Assembly (NCBI GenBank): GCA_000004985.1
Contig: GG738854.1
Direction: 5' to 3' (one strand)
Source: Naegleria gruberi
Taxonomy: Eukaryota
DNA: 64,000 bases
The notes beneath the pieces were generated by a model that saw only the letters and a program-made list of their open reading frames with translations, did not search any database and was not told the DNA's origin. The position numbers and the translations under genes were made by a program. Below are positions 22,990 to 35,241 of this stretch, piece by piece (the first letter of the stretch is position 1; each line of letters starts with the position of its first letter).

Positions 22990-23681
22990 TGAATGAAATC
23001 GATGCAGAGTTTAAATACCATTCTGAAACTTTGGAGAAGATACATTGTTGTGGTTTGTTTCATTTCAGAAACTTCAATGTCATTTCCATTTTTGAAAGAT
23101 TGGTCAAATGAGTATTATTGATATTGAGCAATAGTTTTAAAAACAGTATGAAATGAAAATGGCAAATAAGACAACTCCCATGTTTGATATGTAATTTCAG
23201 CTCTGTTATGGGTTCAATCAAAAATTTCCAAACTTGTCCTTTCATATTTCAATCTCGTTTTTAAACGTTGTTGAAGGACTCATTACTGAATTGAATTTTG
23301 GAGGAGCCAATCATCTGTTAATGCATTTCCTTGACGACGTGTGGTAATGGAGTAAAATCCAAATTATTGCTTGTTTTCAAGAATTGTTTCACAATGTCTA
23401 GCATTTTCAGAACAATTTCTTCAACAAAAGGATTTTCTAAAATAAAAACAATCCCTTTCCACAAAATAAGGCACTGCAAATCCAGAATAATTGCCACATT
23501 CTTTCAGTACATAGGGACTCAACTTTGGGTGTTTAGGTCTTAGATATATTCGATGGATTTCTCAAGAAATGTCTAACCTGTACTTGATTAATAATCTTAC
23601 TAGCAAAGTCTTTCCACGCACAAAGGAATGCAACTTGCAAATTAAAATTGTGTCTAGGTAGTTGTTCAGATACAATTCCAA

Positions 23682-25363
23682 CTATTCTTCTTCTATTGAT
23701 TCAATCTCTTTTTTCAACTCTGCTTTTTCATTGTTTGGCAAATTATATACGAGGCTTAACATATCCCATGATTGATCAAATGAAAGCAAATCAAGGCCAT
23801 AGTATGAGTGAACTTGTGTTGTTATACTTTTAAGAACTGCAGATTGAATAATATCCCTAGATTCTGTTACGAACTTGGTTCCACAATAAATATCAGAAAT
23901 CAGAATATTTTCAGAATAGAGGAGAGTTCTTAATTCATCAATTTCTCTAACAATTATTGATAATAAATCTCTTGGAGTACCACTTGAAGATAGAATCACA
24001 GTTTCTTCTGTTGAGAAGAGGTCGCATTCATCAATTGCTATGATAAAAACTTTGCTTTTAGGTGCAGTTTCGTGTACCAGTTTTACAATAATAGACTTTG
24101 CTTCTTCTCTGAGTGTTGTAATAGGAAGAAAATCGTAATTTTGTTTTAGAAGATCCACTAAAATGTTTTTTGAAGCTCCTGAGTTGCTTACTCCCTGAGC
24201 GAAGGATGAAAATTGTAAAATAGAGCTAAAGGGATTCAAATCAACATTGTCTTTTTCTTGTTCCCAAAGATCCATTGAGTGTCTAAGAGCAATAAGCTTG
24301 GAAATAATTAGACACTGAACCAGCTGTCTTGATGTTGCATATGCTGCAATCAAATCATCCCCAGATCGTTCTCTAAATTTTCTAAGAAAATAGGAACAAG
24401 CCATATCGTTAGCTCCACAATTAGTGACCTCTGCGTCGTTTGAGCAAGTTAGAAGAATGCCAATATTTTTGGACAATTTTCTGGAAATCTTATTTGGTTA
24501 AAAATCATAATCTTTTTACAATAACTTACAAAAGCTGTTTTTCCAACTCCTGATGGAGCAATGATGGTAACTGTGTTTCCATTATCGATTGATGTATTCA
24601 ATGATTCATTTTCCACCTCTACCTGAAGATTTTGAAAGAAAGGTAAAAGATCTTGTTGTATCAACACTTGTTTCTCCTTTTCTGAACTTTGAACCTCATA
24701 AAATGGTAACAAAGTATCTCTAAACATGGGATCTTCTGAAACTTTGACTTTGTGTTCTAAAAAGAGTACCTCCTTAGAAAGTGTGTTTGTGAAATTAAAG
24801 ATATTATCACTTGGTGTCCTCACCTCAAATAAAGATAAAGAGTCCATTAAAAAGTTCAAGTCTTTCCAATAGCATTGCTTATATACTAAATCGATCTGTT
24901 GAGAACCTTTTATCAGCAGATCTGCTAGTCGTAAGTAAAATTCTTTAACACCAAAATGAAGACCAAACGACAATAGAGAACGAGCATCAAATATTGGAAG
25001 AATTTCTTGTGCTCTTTTCATATTTTCTTTCTCTTCATTCTCAAAAGACGGAAACGGCCCCACGTATTCTCTTATTATTATCATACCTTCCTCTACTACT
25101 CTCGTCATCAATGCCCTATCAATTGTTGAGAATTGTAAATAAAGTTGTGAAATTATATTCAATACTTCTTCAGAGTTTCCTAGTTCTAGACATATACAAG
25201 CTCCTGGATTTTCCCTCAAAATTTGTTCTTCCTTCATCTCGATAACACACTGGCCTTTAACCTTGTCTATTATTTTAGGCCAAACTTCAGCGTAGGGAAT
25301 TTTTGTGCTTGAGAATTTTGCGTCGTTTTTGTGGGGTGCGGTTAAGGTAGTATCTGAAGGCAT
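23682..25363 (-). CDS. P-loop NTPase (AAA+-like Walker A/B) with an N-terminal domain of about 280 aa, two exons. Family uncertain.
   Basis: Exon 1 spans 25363..24530 and exon 2 spans 24488..23682. The intron at 24489..24529 has a GTAAGT donor and AAG acceptor and is in frame. Walker A is IIAPSGVGKTAF. Walker B is VFIIAIDECD. A sensor-1-like SSS stretch follows. Confidence 0.55.
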
Positions 25364-25510
25364 TTTTTCTCTGCTGGTAAATCCTTATTAAAATGAAAAT
25401 ATGAACAATTGTATAATATGTGTTTTTTTTCTTTTACAACCATAAAGTTCATAAGTTCATCTCTCCATAAAATTAGAGCTCTAATCTTATCAAGTTTTAC
25501 AATAAAAAAA

Positions 25511-26668
25511 ATGTCTCAACTGGATGATGCTGAACCACTCCCTTCCCTTGTGATTGATTTCGGAAGGGGCTATATTAAATATAATTCCACATTTTCAGAT
25601 AATATTCCATCCTCTAATTCTTCCTCTGTTGTTTGTAATGAAACTAGGAATGTTATTGCAATACAAAAAGGAAATCCCGATGAGGAAGTAAAATATATGA
25701 TTGATATTGATTTGAGAAAAGGTCATCGTTATGCAAAGGTTTTTTATCCAATGAAGGAGGGGCATATTAAGGATTGGAATGTGTTTGAAAAGATGATTGA
25801 TTGTTTGTCGAGAGATTCAAGGGTTTATATGGCAGAGACAAATACATTGATGGGCTTTGGACCTCACATGACAGAGAATGAAATGGTTAAGGTGGCCAGT
25901 GTAATGTTTGAGAATTTTAACACTCCAGAATTTGGATTAGTGTTGGATGATTGTATGGCAGCAGTTGGATCTGATACAATTTATGGAACCATGTTGGATT
26001 GTGGATATTCCTCAACAAGAGCAGTTCCAATATTTGATGGAGTTCCTTTGATGGAGTCAATTACTGAACTGAATTTTGGAGGTAACAATTTGATAATGCA
26101 TTTCCTTGATTTATTAAAACAGAGTGCATTATACACTATTAATGCAGATTACATTGGGGATAGAGAATATTTTGGACCATATTGTTTGGAACGAAACGGT
26201 TACGTGCCACTAGATTTTGAAAAGGAGCTGAAGAAAGTAAAAATCAACAAGATCGAGGATTTACCTGATCTCAGATCAGCCCCTCTCAATAATTCTGTAT
26301 TCATATGTACGCAAGCTCTTTTTGATCCTTCACTGGTTGGCTTGGAAGACCCAAGTATGCACAATTTGATTATGCAGTCAATTTCCAAGTGTGATGAGCA
26401 AAAACAAGCAGCTCTATCAAATGTTGTTCCATGTGGTGGTATGTCCAATTTGAAAGGTTTATTAGCAAGATTGGACAAGGAGCTTAAAATTGTTTCAAAA
26501 GATAGCTCCTTCGTTCCTACTCTTTCAGAAATGAAAAACAGAACCAAACTCCCATTTATTGGAGGGTCTATTATTGTAAATTCTAGGACATTATTTGACA
26601 AATTTTCTGTAAAACTTGAAGATTACAATGAATATGGTGAATCCATTGTAAAAAGAAAATTTCTATAA
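25511..26668 (+). CDS. Actin-related protein (divergent ARP)
   Basis: Actin-fold landmarks are present. SLVIDFGRGYIKY is the phosphate-1 loop. EGHIKDWNVFEKMI aligns with actin HGIITNWDDMEKIW. MLDCGYSSTRAVPIFDG aligns with VLDSGDGVSHTVPIYEG. VVPCGGMSNLKGLLARLDKEL and IGGSIIVN are also conserved. Confidence 0.6.
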   Translation: MSQLDDAEPLPSLVIDFGRGYIKYNSTFSDNIPSSNSSSVVCNETRNVIAIQKGNPDEEVKYMIDIDLRKGHRYAKVFYPMKEGHIKDWNVFEKMIDCLSRDSRVYMAETNTLMGFGPHMTENEMVKVASVMFENFNTPEFGLVLDDCMAAVGSDTIYGTMLDCGYSSTRAVPIFDGVPLMESITELNFGGNNLIMHFLDLLKQSALYTINADYIGDREYFGPYCLERNGYVPLDFEKELKKVKINKIEDLPDLRSAPLNNSVFICTQALFDPSLVGLEDPSMHNLIMQSISKCDEQKQAALSNVVPCGGMSNLKGLLARLDKELKIVSKDSSFVPTLSEMKNRTKLPFIGGSIIVNSRTLFDKFSVKLEDYNEYGESIVKRKFL

Positions 26669-26698
26669 ATTTAGATAAACTCAATCCACCAATATTTC

Positions 26699-27959
26699 CT
26701 AATCTATTTTGTTCACTTTTAGAGAGTCATCATTGTAAAACTTTAAAATAACTAGAATATCAAACAATAGCAATGACACACAACCAGAAAAACCAAGTGG
26801 ACCTACCATCAGTGGTGAATACCACTTTCTTTCAGTTTCCAAGAAAAGAAATGGTAGAAATCTTCCCAACCCATTGAATAATCCATGCAGTATACCTGGA
26901 ATTATTCCACAATATTTCATTTTGGACCTCTCTGCAAAATAACAAAGGAGTGGGGAAAGAAGCATACATCCCAGTGTCATTGCAATGATTCCAATTTTCC
27001 CATTTTCCTTTCCATAGTTGTGTCCCATTAGAATCATTGGACTATGCCAAATTCCATGTATAAATCCAATTAGAAGAGATTTTCTAATGAAATCAATTGT
27101 CCTTTCCATCTTGGATTGATTCTCTTGCGGATAGTAGAGTCTCTTCCAAAGAAATTCTCTCCATCCCTTCTCTTCTCCATATCCAAACAAACCGTTAATC
27201 CCAATTACTGAAAAGGTCTGTAAAATAGTAATTGAAATAAGTGGAATAGTGTTAACCCCATCAAGATTATCAAATAGATCGTTCAGTTGATTTCTTTGAC
27301 TTTCGTCTGGTCCAAATCCTTCAGCCATTTCTTTCACATATTCTCTAAAGTAATTAGATGTTGAACTGAATTGAAAACCTGGTGTAATCTTATAATAGTA
27401 ATAAATTAATTATCATAAATCTCTTTTAACTTACTGTAAATCCAATGAGTGATGAACACATAGGTAGTACAGTAAATGTCAATATTCCAATCCAAAAGGT
27501 TGAATTCATTAACAAATTCATCATAAAATTCTTGATGGAAATCAACCAATTCCACATCCTATTCAGCAGTGTTATCTTTGATTCCAATACTCTTCCGCAA
27601 TTATCATCATCATTCATTGTAGTATTATAATTAGTAGTAGTAAGAAGTTCTTCATCCTTTCTTTCAATCCAATAGGCAGTCACTCCTGGCACCATCATAC
27701 AAATAGCAAAGGCAATTAATTTTACAATTTCAAATGTATAATGATGATCCGATAGTAATAATAAATCACCACTCATTTGTAATATTGAAGTGATGAAATA
27801 GGTTACGGAAAATGTTCGGCATGTGAATTTTACTATTTGTTGTTGATGGTGGTATTGTTGTTGTTCTATAAAGAAGTAGTTGTGATGGTTAATAAACCAC
27901 TCGGAAAGTAAACTCAAGCCAAAACAAGCATACACCAGTGGGTTGGATAATTCAATCAT
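26699..27959 (-). CDS. CPBP-family intramembrane metalloprotease (CAAX protease / Abi-domain), two exons
   Basis: Exon 1 spans 27959..27435 and exon 2 spans 27388..26699. The intron at 27389..27434 has a GTAAGT donor and AAG acceptor. Abi/CPBP motifs are EEKGWREF (EExxxR), GIWHSPMILMGH (FxxxH-like) and ILHGLFNGLG (HxxxN). Multiple TM helices. Confidence 0.5.
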
Positions 27960-28257
27960 TTTTTATTTATTGTAAGAAATTATAATAGTGTAATAGTGTA
28001 AATAATGCATAATTTCTTAATCAGTAAATTCAAATATTCATAATGCATATTTTCTGATCTTGTTGCAATTAAAATTTATAACAAAACACATTGAAATTAA
28101 CAATGTACTTGTGGATTTGTATCAAAATATATTGAGTTACAAGTGGCCCTTTTTTTCAATATAGCAAATGGAGGAGGTTATGAACTCAAGAGGAATGTGT
28201 TTGTAAAACAATTATTGTAATCTTGAACTCGATCAAATAGAGTTTCATTAAAAAAAA

Positions 28258-29554
28258 ATGTGTCTACTACTTGAGGGGTCACTTTTTCTCCGAGAAAATA
28301 AATTAGATAGGAATACAATTATGTATATTTTCGAGTTTTTATCGCACAATGAAGTGACATCATTATCATCATTAATTTTCTCAGGATCTGAAGAAATTGT
28401 CAACGAATTTTACAATGAAACTCTAATTGATCATTTGAAATTTGGTAAATGTTTGGTAATTTATTCGTGGGATAATAAATTTTGGAAAGAAGAAATGGTG
28501 AAAATTAGTAGCCGATTCAATATTGCTATGAATACAGTTATGGAACTGGTTTCACTTTCTAACAAAATGGAAGAAATTAATTTTGAAGAAAATTGTAATT
28601 ATAGAGCATTCTTTGTGCAGCAAATTTGGAACAGAATTGATATGAAACATTGGAAATTTATTCAACACAAGAGATTTCTTCGGAAAATTTATCTTCTTTC
28701 AATTCCTTTGAAAATTAGTGAAATTGCGCAACGAAATGTCAAATTTACAAATGAGGAATGTGAAGTCATGATTAGGAAGAGATTGGAACATGAGCTTTTT
28801 ATAGAAGAGTCACATTTAGAGCGAATGATTTCTAATAAGGAGAGAATACTAACAAAATATATCTATTTGAAATGGGTTTCGGTTGGATCTTCTGAAGTTG
28901 GAAAAACGAGTATATTTATTAAGGCGGTCATTGATAAATTCTTTGAATATCCAGTGAGAGTAATGCATGGTTCTCATAAGTATGTGTATGTACCAACCAG
29001 GCAAGAACTGATGTTGGATAGTAGAAGTTATTGTGAGATTAGTTATTGGGATACAGGTTAGTTCAATATTAATATCAAGTTTCTAACTTTCACTAGTTGG
29101 TTCTGATGAATTTGATGAATCTCGACCTCAATCTTATCATGGAACAGATGTGGTGTTTACCATGACCTATTCAATAACGGATTTCTCAACACTTGAAGAA
29201 ATTGCTGAAAAATTCATGTGGGAATGCACTCAATCCTCTCCTAAAAGTGCATTTATACTAGTTTCAACAAAAAATGATCTAAGGGACGCTTATTACTGGG
29301 CTAGTTTATTCGATTCTTCCATTGAGGAACCGATTTCAGAAGAAGATGGAATTGAATTTGCAAAATCAATAGGAGCAATTTCACACATTGCAACAAGTTC
29401 GAAAACAGGCAAGGGAGTTAAAAACATTGAAAGGAAACTCTTCTTACTTTACCATTTTTATTTGAATTTTAAACAAAGAAACGAAGTCCAAACCAAATCA
29501 AATTGGGAATCCTCAAGAACAAGGTTTGATTTTTCAGTAATGCACCATCCTTAA
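28258..29554 (+). CDS. Atypical Rho-family small GTPase with an N-terminal extension of about 200 aa that includes an F-box-like segment. The 3' end is uncertain.
   Basis: The intron at 29057..29096 (GTTAGT donor, CTAAC branch, TAG acceptor) joins WDT to VGSDEFDESRPQSYHGTDVVF. This matches Rho G3/switch II ([24 protein letters not shown]), but V/S replace A/Q61. G1 is VGSSEVGKTS. G4 is LVSTKNDLRD, against Rho LVGTKLDLRD. The N-terminal IMYIFEFLSHNEVTSLSSL is F-box-like. Confidence 0.55.
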
Positions 29555-29602
29555 TAAAATGCACGTGTTGAGAAAGAACAGTATGTAAAAATAATTGATT
29601 AT

Positions 29603-30997
29603 TTATTTCTTCTTCAAACCTTCAGAGAAAGCATTGACCATGGCAACCTTCTTCTTGTTATGATAAGTTTGTTGAGTTGAACTGCTTTCAGCAGCAGAAG
29701 ATCTTTGTTGCATGTTAGCAGACCAATAGTTATTCATCATCTTACTACCAACATTTGAATAGACAGTTCTGTCAACCATATTATTGTTACAATCATTCAA
29801 ATCCTTAATTAAACCTAAACAGAATTCATCATTGGCACTAACAGAAGCCTTAACCTTTTCAATAGCTTGAGTTAACAAATTTCTTGCTTGTTCTAACTTG
29901 TTTTGATCAGCCAAATTCTTAGCTTGTTCCAAAGCTTCACCAGATTCAACTCTGTTTCTTTGTACATCCAATTGATAATTGGCATCCTTCTTATTTGGTT
30001 CAACAGTTGTATTTCTATGAATGATAATTTCAAATCCAACTGCTTCATTTTCAGTATCTACAATATTGAAATAGAAGAGTGAAACCTTTGCAAGTTCTTG
30101 ATCAAGGAGTGGACCATTGAGAGCAGGAACTGATAACACAAAGACAACATCCTTCTTTTCCTCGGAATAAATATCACCAACATTAACCTCGCATCCTAAA
30201 CCATTTGGTAAATCTTCTTTTCTATAAGTTGTGAAAACCTTCTTCAATTTAACATTAGCATTTGGTTCAATTTTAACTTTGATATTTTGACCAACAACTG
30301 AAATCAAACCACCAATAACGTTACCAAATGCCTTTGGAATGTCATCAGTTGTTTGAAGGAAGTAATATAAACCATTACCAGCTTGAGAAATTGAAGTTAA
30401 CATATTAGCATCTGTATCAGTACCAAATCCAAATGTGAAAACTGTCAGGTTAGTTCTAATTTCTTCATGAATCATTGTTGTCATCTTTTTAACAATTTCA
30501 TTAGTATTTGTAATACCTTCATTAGCTAAACCATCAGTAAATAATAGAAGAGAAGTAACTTCATTGGCATTTGTTCTTTGACCAATAAGTCTCAAACCTT
30601 CAAATAAAGCACCAGATAAATTTGTACAACTTCCTGCTCTGATATTGGAAACAACTTGTTTGGCCTTTGATCTACCACTTTCGTTCATATTAGTAAATTG
30701 AAGGCTAGTTGAAATATTACTATCAAATTCAACGAGAGCAATTCTATCGGTTGGCTTTAATTGATCAAACATGAATGCTAATGTTGATTTGACCATTTCA
30801 ATTTTACTGCCTGCCATTGATCCTGATTTGTCAACTACACAAATAAGATCAATTCCCTTTCTTTCTTTTCTTTCATCGGCTTCAAATTCTGGAGCCTGTA
30901 ACGTTGCCATACAATATAAATCTGTTTCCTTTTGATATGGTAAATTGATGTATTCACAATTACCAGTAAAGACAATTTTAGTATTGGAAGAAGACAT
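29603..30997 (-). CDS. von Willebrand factor A (vWA) domain protein
   Basis: MIDAS motif DKSGSM within LICVVDKSGSMAGSKIEMVKSTL. A vWA fold and a coiled C-terminal region follow. Confidence 0.7.
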   Translation of the reverse strand: MSSSNTKIVFTGNCEYINLPYQKETDLYCMATLQAPEFEADERKERKGIDLICVVDKSGSMAGSKIEMVKSTLAFMFDQLKPTDRIALVEFDSNISTSLQFTNMNESGRSKAKQVVSNIRAGSCTNLSGALFEGLRLIGQRTNANEVTSLLLFTDGLANEGITNTNEIVKKMTTMIHEEIRTNLTVFTFGFGTDTDANMLTSISQAGNGLYYFLQTTDDIPKAFGNVIGGLISVVGQNIKVKIEPNANVKLKKVFTTYRKEDLPNGLGCEVNVGDIYSEEKKDVVFVLSVPALNGPLLDQELAKVSLFYFNIVDTENEAVGFEIIIHRNTTVEPNKKDANYQLDVQRNRVESGEALEQAKNLADQNKLEQARNLLTQAIEKVKASVSANDEFCLGLIKDLNDCNNNMVDRTVYSNVGSKMMNNYWSANMQQRSSAAESSSTQQTYHNKKKVAMVNAFSEGLKKK

Positions 30998-31668
30998 TTT
31001 GTTGTTAATAATTTACACGAGTGATTCTATTGATCAATAAGTTTGATTTTTTTTATGTTTTATTTGTTCCAAACGAAGTTAGGGCTATTTATAAGATGTT
31101 GCTCATTTCCCGTTAGCAGAACAAGGAACTATGAATTCTTTGAAGGTGAACTTTTATGTATGAGTTCACTGTGGGAATGATAACGAGGTTACACTTTTTC
31201 ACAGCATCATTCTATACACGTCAGCTGAGATAAGATAAAATCAAGCATCCGATACACCCCACCAATATCTATCTGAATTTAAAATCTTGAAGTTTATTTG
31301 ATGAAAAAATATTCAACAAAAATCCTTTGTGACCAAATGTGATTTTTGGAGTGGTTTCACGTCATGAAAGCACCAAACTTTCACATCATCATCTCAACAT
31401 CATCTATATAGTATTAAAAATAGTAATTTTTATTGGTGGATTACCATCATGAAATTGGAAGTTATCTTTCGTGATGGAAAAATTTAGAAAAATTAAAGTT
31501 GATTTACTATCATGTTGTCCATCAATGTAGTGATAGTAAATTTGTGGATAATTAATTTTTAGTAATTGGTGATTACATTTGAATCTACAGTCGGAAAACT
31601 GTAATGTAAGAAATGGTAACTGGTAGGATAAGAAGGTACATAGCATGATAGCCACCTCAGAATGTAAT

Positions 31669-31741
31669 GGGGATGTAGCTCACATGGTAGAGCGCTTCTT
31701 TAGCATGGAAGAGGTACGGGGATCGATACCCCGCATCTCCA
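31669..31741 (+). tRNA. tRNA-Ala (anticodon AGC)
   Basis: A 73-nt cloverleaf. Acceptor GGGGATG/CATCTCC carries the G3:U70 alanine identity pair. The anticodon loop is TTAGCAT. T-arm is CGGGG-ATCGATA-CCCCG. The 8-nt D-loop and the A at position 54 are unusual. Confidence 0.8.
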
Positions 31742-31749
31742 CTCTATAC

Positions 31750-31755
31750 TTTTTT
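31750..31755 (+). terminator. Pol III T-run after tRNA-Ala
   Basis: TTTTTT lies 9 nt downstream. Confidence 0.55.
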
Positions 31756-31855
31756 GCTTAAAAAAATAATGCATTGTTGCTATAGGATCATTCTTAGTTG
31801 TTACTAGTTCACCATTTTGTAATTGTATAATTTATTTGATTAATGACAACAAAAA

Positions 31856-34800
31856 ATGAAACAACTCTTCATCTCGTTGCTTCTATTAATTATTGTTGAC
31901 TTTTCACATAGTTATCCTCCTTCAATCACAACACAATCATCTCTGCCTCCCACATCGCCATCATCATCAGGATTTAATTTGATTCTTTATGTTCAACCTG
32001 GAAATACAGTAAATAGTAAATTGACCAATAGTACTTTCTGTACTTTTAAAGAGTCACCATGCACTTCCATTCAACAAGCCATCGATCAGGTACTGGAAAT
32101 GTACTATGATAAGAAAATAATTGAACAGCCAAGTGCTCGTTTCATTCTAATGCCCAATCTCTCTGCAGGCCATCATCCATCGAAAAGACTCATCTATGGA
32201 AAGGATCAGTGTGATAACTCTTTCAATAGATGGTTTTACTACTTATTACTTGAATCACATTCGAATGAAGAAATAATTGAATTTCAATGTGAGGGAGAAA
32301 GTCTTGTCAACCCTCAAATGTTTTTTGGATTGTACTTGATGAGACTCAAGTTGAGGAATACCTTATTGCGTATTGATGAACGCATTGTTGTCTTGTACAT
32401 GTATGGAGTACATGCCACAAATTCTAGAATTGGATTTACTAGAAAGGGAGATGATGTCATTATGAAATATTCACTCCTTTACAGTTATTTTGGAGATGGG
32501 GATATTCAATTGGAGGCAAGTGATATTAATATTAATGGATCTATTGTTGAGCGAGTTACAATGTACTCGACCAGTAAGACCAGTATGAACATTACCCACT
32601 CAAGGATCACACAATTCAAGTTTACCTCATCATCTGGTGGGGAATTTTCTAATTTTGATATTTTAATTTCCTTTTCGAAACTTAATAATACTGAATGGTA
32701 TATTAGTAACTTTGGAAATGTGCAGTTGGATCAAATTGATATTTTCAATGATTTTCAAATCTCAATATTTTACACTAGCTCTATTTCTATTAGTCAACTA
32801 TACACGAGAGGGAACAATGTACGATTTTATGCAATCTTTGTGGGGATTAGTGGTGGTATCCAAATTGAAAAATCATACTTTAATTCACTCACAAATTTTG
32901 GAAATTCGAAAAACATATTTGACATTACTGCTACACCTATTTTAAATATCGAAAACTCTGTATTTTCCAACAGTAATCCATTATTTGGCGTGGCTGTTTG
33001 CGGTGAATTGAGGGGATACAATTTACAATTTATTGGAAACAAGGGTCCTTGCATATATTCTGATCTTGATAAAGGATTGGGTGTGAGCAGTGTTTCTATT
33101 TCACAATCAAAATTCATCAACAATTCATGTAGTGATTGTTCTGGAGGAGCTCTATTCTTGAGAGGTGTTGGATTTTTGGGTTTAGATTCCTCTTTTGTGG
33201 GAAATACTGCTACCAATGGAGGAGCATGTTACATTTCGGCCAGCTCAATAGGATTGAGCCAAGCCCAATTCATGGACAATAGAGCAACATTGAAAGGAGG
33301 AGCTTTTTATGTTGAATTTGTGGATAGTGGTTCCATGAATGGGGCATTTAACTTTGAATGTATCAATAACGTAGCTCAATACTCTGGAGGTTGTTACTAT
33401 TCTACTAACAGGACCTTAACATTTGAATTAATTGATCCAATTTTGGAAAGAAACCGTGCAAACTCCTATGGTGAAACATTTGGATACCCATTTTTTGATT
33501 TGAACTATCTCATTACCGTAACATATGGAAACGGAACAATATATACAGGTGTTTCTAACTCTTTTCCAGAACTTTCATTATATGCAGGTCAAATTATTTC
33601 AACCATTGAAATTACATTGTGGAACAATCGAACAGATCGAGTATCCTATTTGGAGTTGCCAATGGAGATTGAAGTGAACACGTCTCTTGTATTGCTCAAT
33701 TATGAACAAAAGAAAAACCCCTTCAATTCGACAATAACAATTGAGAATATCTATTTCACTCAAATGGCTGTGCTTCCTTCTCTCCAAAATTTCTTCACTT
33801 TACAGATGAAGATTGAGAATTTCAATCTCACAGCAATGGTCACTGTGCTGGATTGCCCTCACGGCTTATCTCTAGTCCAAAGTGTTGCACAAATTGGTAC
33901 TCTTACCTGTATTTTGAATCCAACAATACCTTATCAAATCATTATACCAGTCGTTTCAGTTGTTACACTGATTATTGTTGGAATTATTGCATTTTGTACT
34001 TTTTTCATTATTAGAATGACTCTTGTCATCGTAAGAAAACTTAAATTACTCAATAGAAAACTGGAAGCTGAAAAGAAAATGGAATCCAAACTATTACAAA
34101 AGCGAGTTGCCCTCATGGATGATGACAATGATGAGATGAATGAAAAATCATCACTTTTAATCAACTCAAATGGTGAAAGCAGCAATAACTACCATTCCCT
34201 GATGGATCATTCTTCCTCATGGATCATATCTATTGATGACATTGAGATTTTGAAAAAGATTGCTGAAGGAGCAAGTGGTTGCATTTATCTTTGTGATTGG
34301 AAGGGCACTAAGGTAGCTCTTAAAACACTTAAAAATCAAATGGAAGTCGATAATGATATCCTTTTTGAACGGGAAGCAGCATTGCTCTCAACACTTAGAC
34401 ATCCCAATATTGTTCAATTTTTTGGTATCATATTTTGTTCTAGGAAATACATAGCTGTAGAATATTTGGAAAAGGGAAGTTTGGACAAGTTGATTTATGA
34501 TTCAAAAACTGGACAGGCCAAGTTGAATTTTACAAAAAAAATTGAGATTCTTTATGGGGTTGCAAAAGGAATGGCCTATCTACACACCATGAAACCAAAA
34601 CCAATCATACACAGAGACTTGAAACCTGGAAATATTTTAATAGACATCAACTTGACACCAAAGATTTGTGATTTTGGATTGAGTAGAGTTTGGAACAATT
34701 CATTTTCCAACCAATCAGCCCCAACCATGAATGTTGGAACTTTTTTCTACCTTGCCAATGTATGTTATTTCTATTTTATCACATTCTGATTATTAACATT

Positions 34801-35241
34801 TTCGTTTAGGAAATGATATCTGGAGATCAATATAACCACAAGGTAGATGTTTACAGTTTTGGAATAATAATGTGGGAATTGTTTTTTGAGGAGAGCCCTT
34901 ATATTAATCAACATTCTCCCAAGCTCTTTAAATATGGAGAGGCGAGAGATGATGATATTTCACACTTGGGTTTCAATGCATTAGGAAAGGTATTGAGCGG
35001 GGAGAGACCTACCATTCCATTCCATGATAAATCTTCAGTCAAATTATGGATTGCTGATTTCCTATTGGAACACCAATCAAATAATGACAAAATATTGGAT
35101 GCCACTACTAATGCAGTTATTCAGTATGTTGACTTGATGAAACAATGTTGGAGTGGAACTCCATCTGAAAGACCAGAATTTACAGAAATCACATTGAGTT
35201 TGTCAAATTTGTTGGATCAAGTTAGTGAATTCAAGATATAA
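31856..35241 (+). CDS. Receptor-like kinase: signal peptide, extracellular right-handed beta-helix (pectin-lyase / polymorphic-membrane-protein-like) repeat domain, single TM helix and a cytoplasmic TKL-like protein kinase
   Basis: Signal peptide MKQLFISLLLLIIVDFSHS. The extracellular domain carries repeated GGA[LI]/NxxxxGGA beta-helix motifs. TM helix IIIPVVSVVTLIIVGIIAFCTFFII. Kinase motifs are GASGCIYLC...VALK, HRDLKPGNILID and DFGLSRV. The intron at 34760..34809 (GTATGT donor, TAG acceptor) joins FYLAN to EMISG...VDVYSFGIIMWE. Confidence 0.75.

Noticed and set aside
31404-31655. 83-aa minus ORF and a 10-bp hairpin (tttactatca/tgatagtaaa) in the vWA-tRNA-Ala intergenic region
   Set aside because: The ORF has no coding-like composition. 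The hairpin is short and AT-rich, so a chance occurrence is likely.
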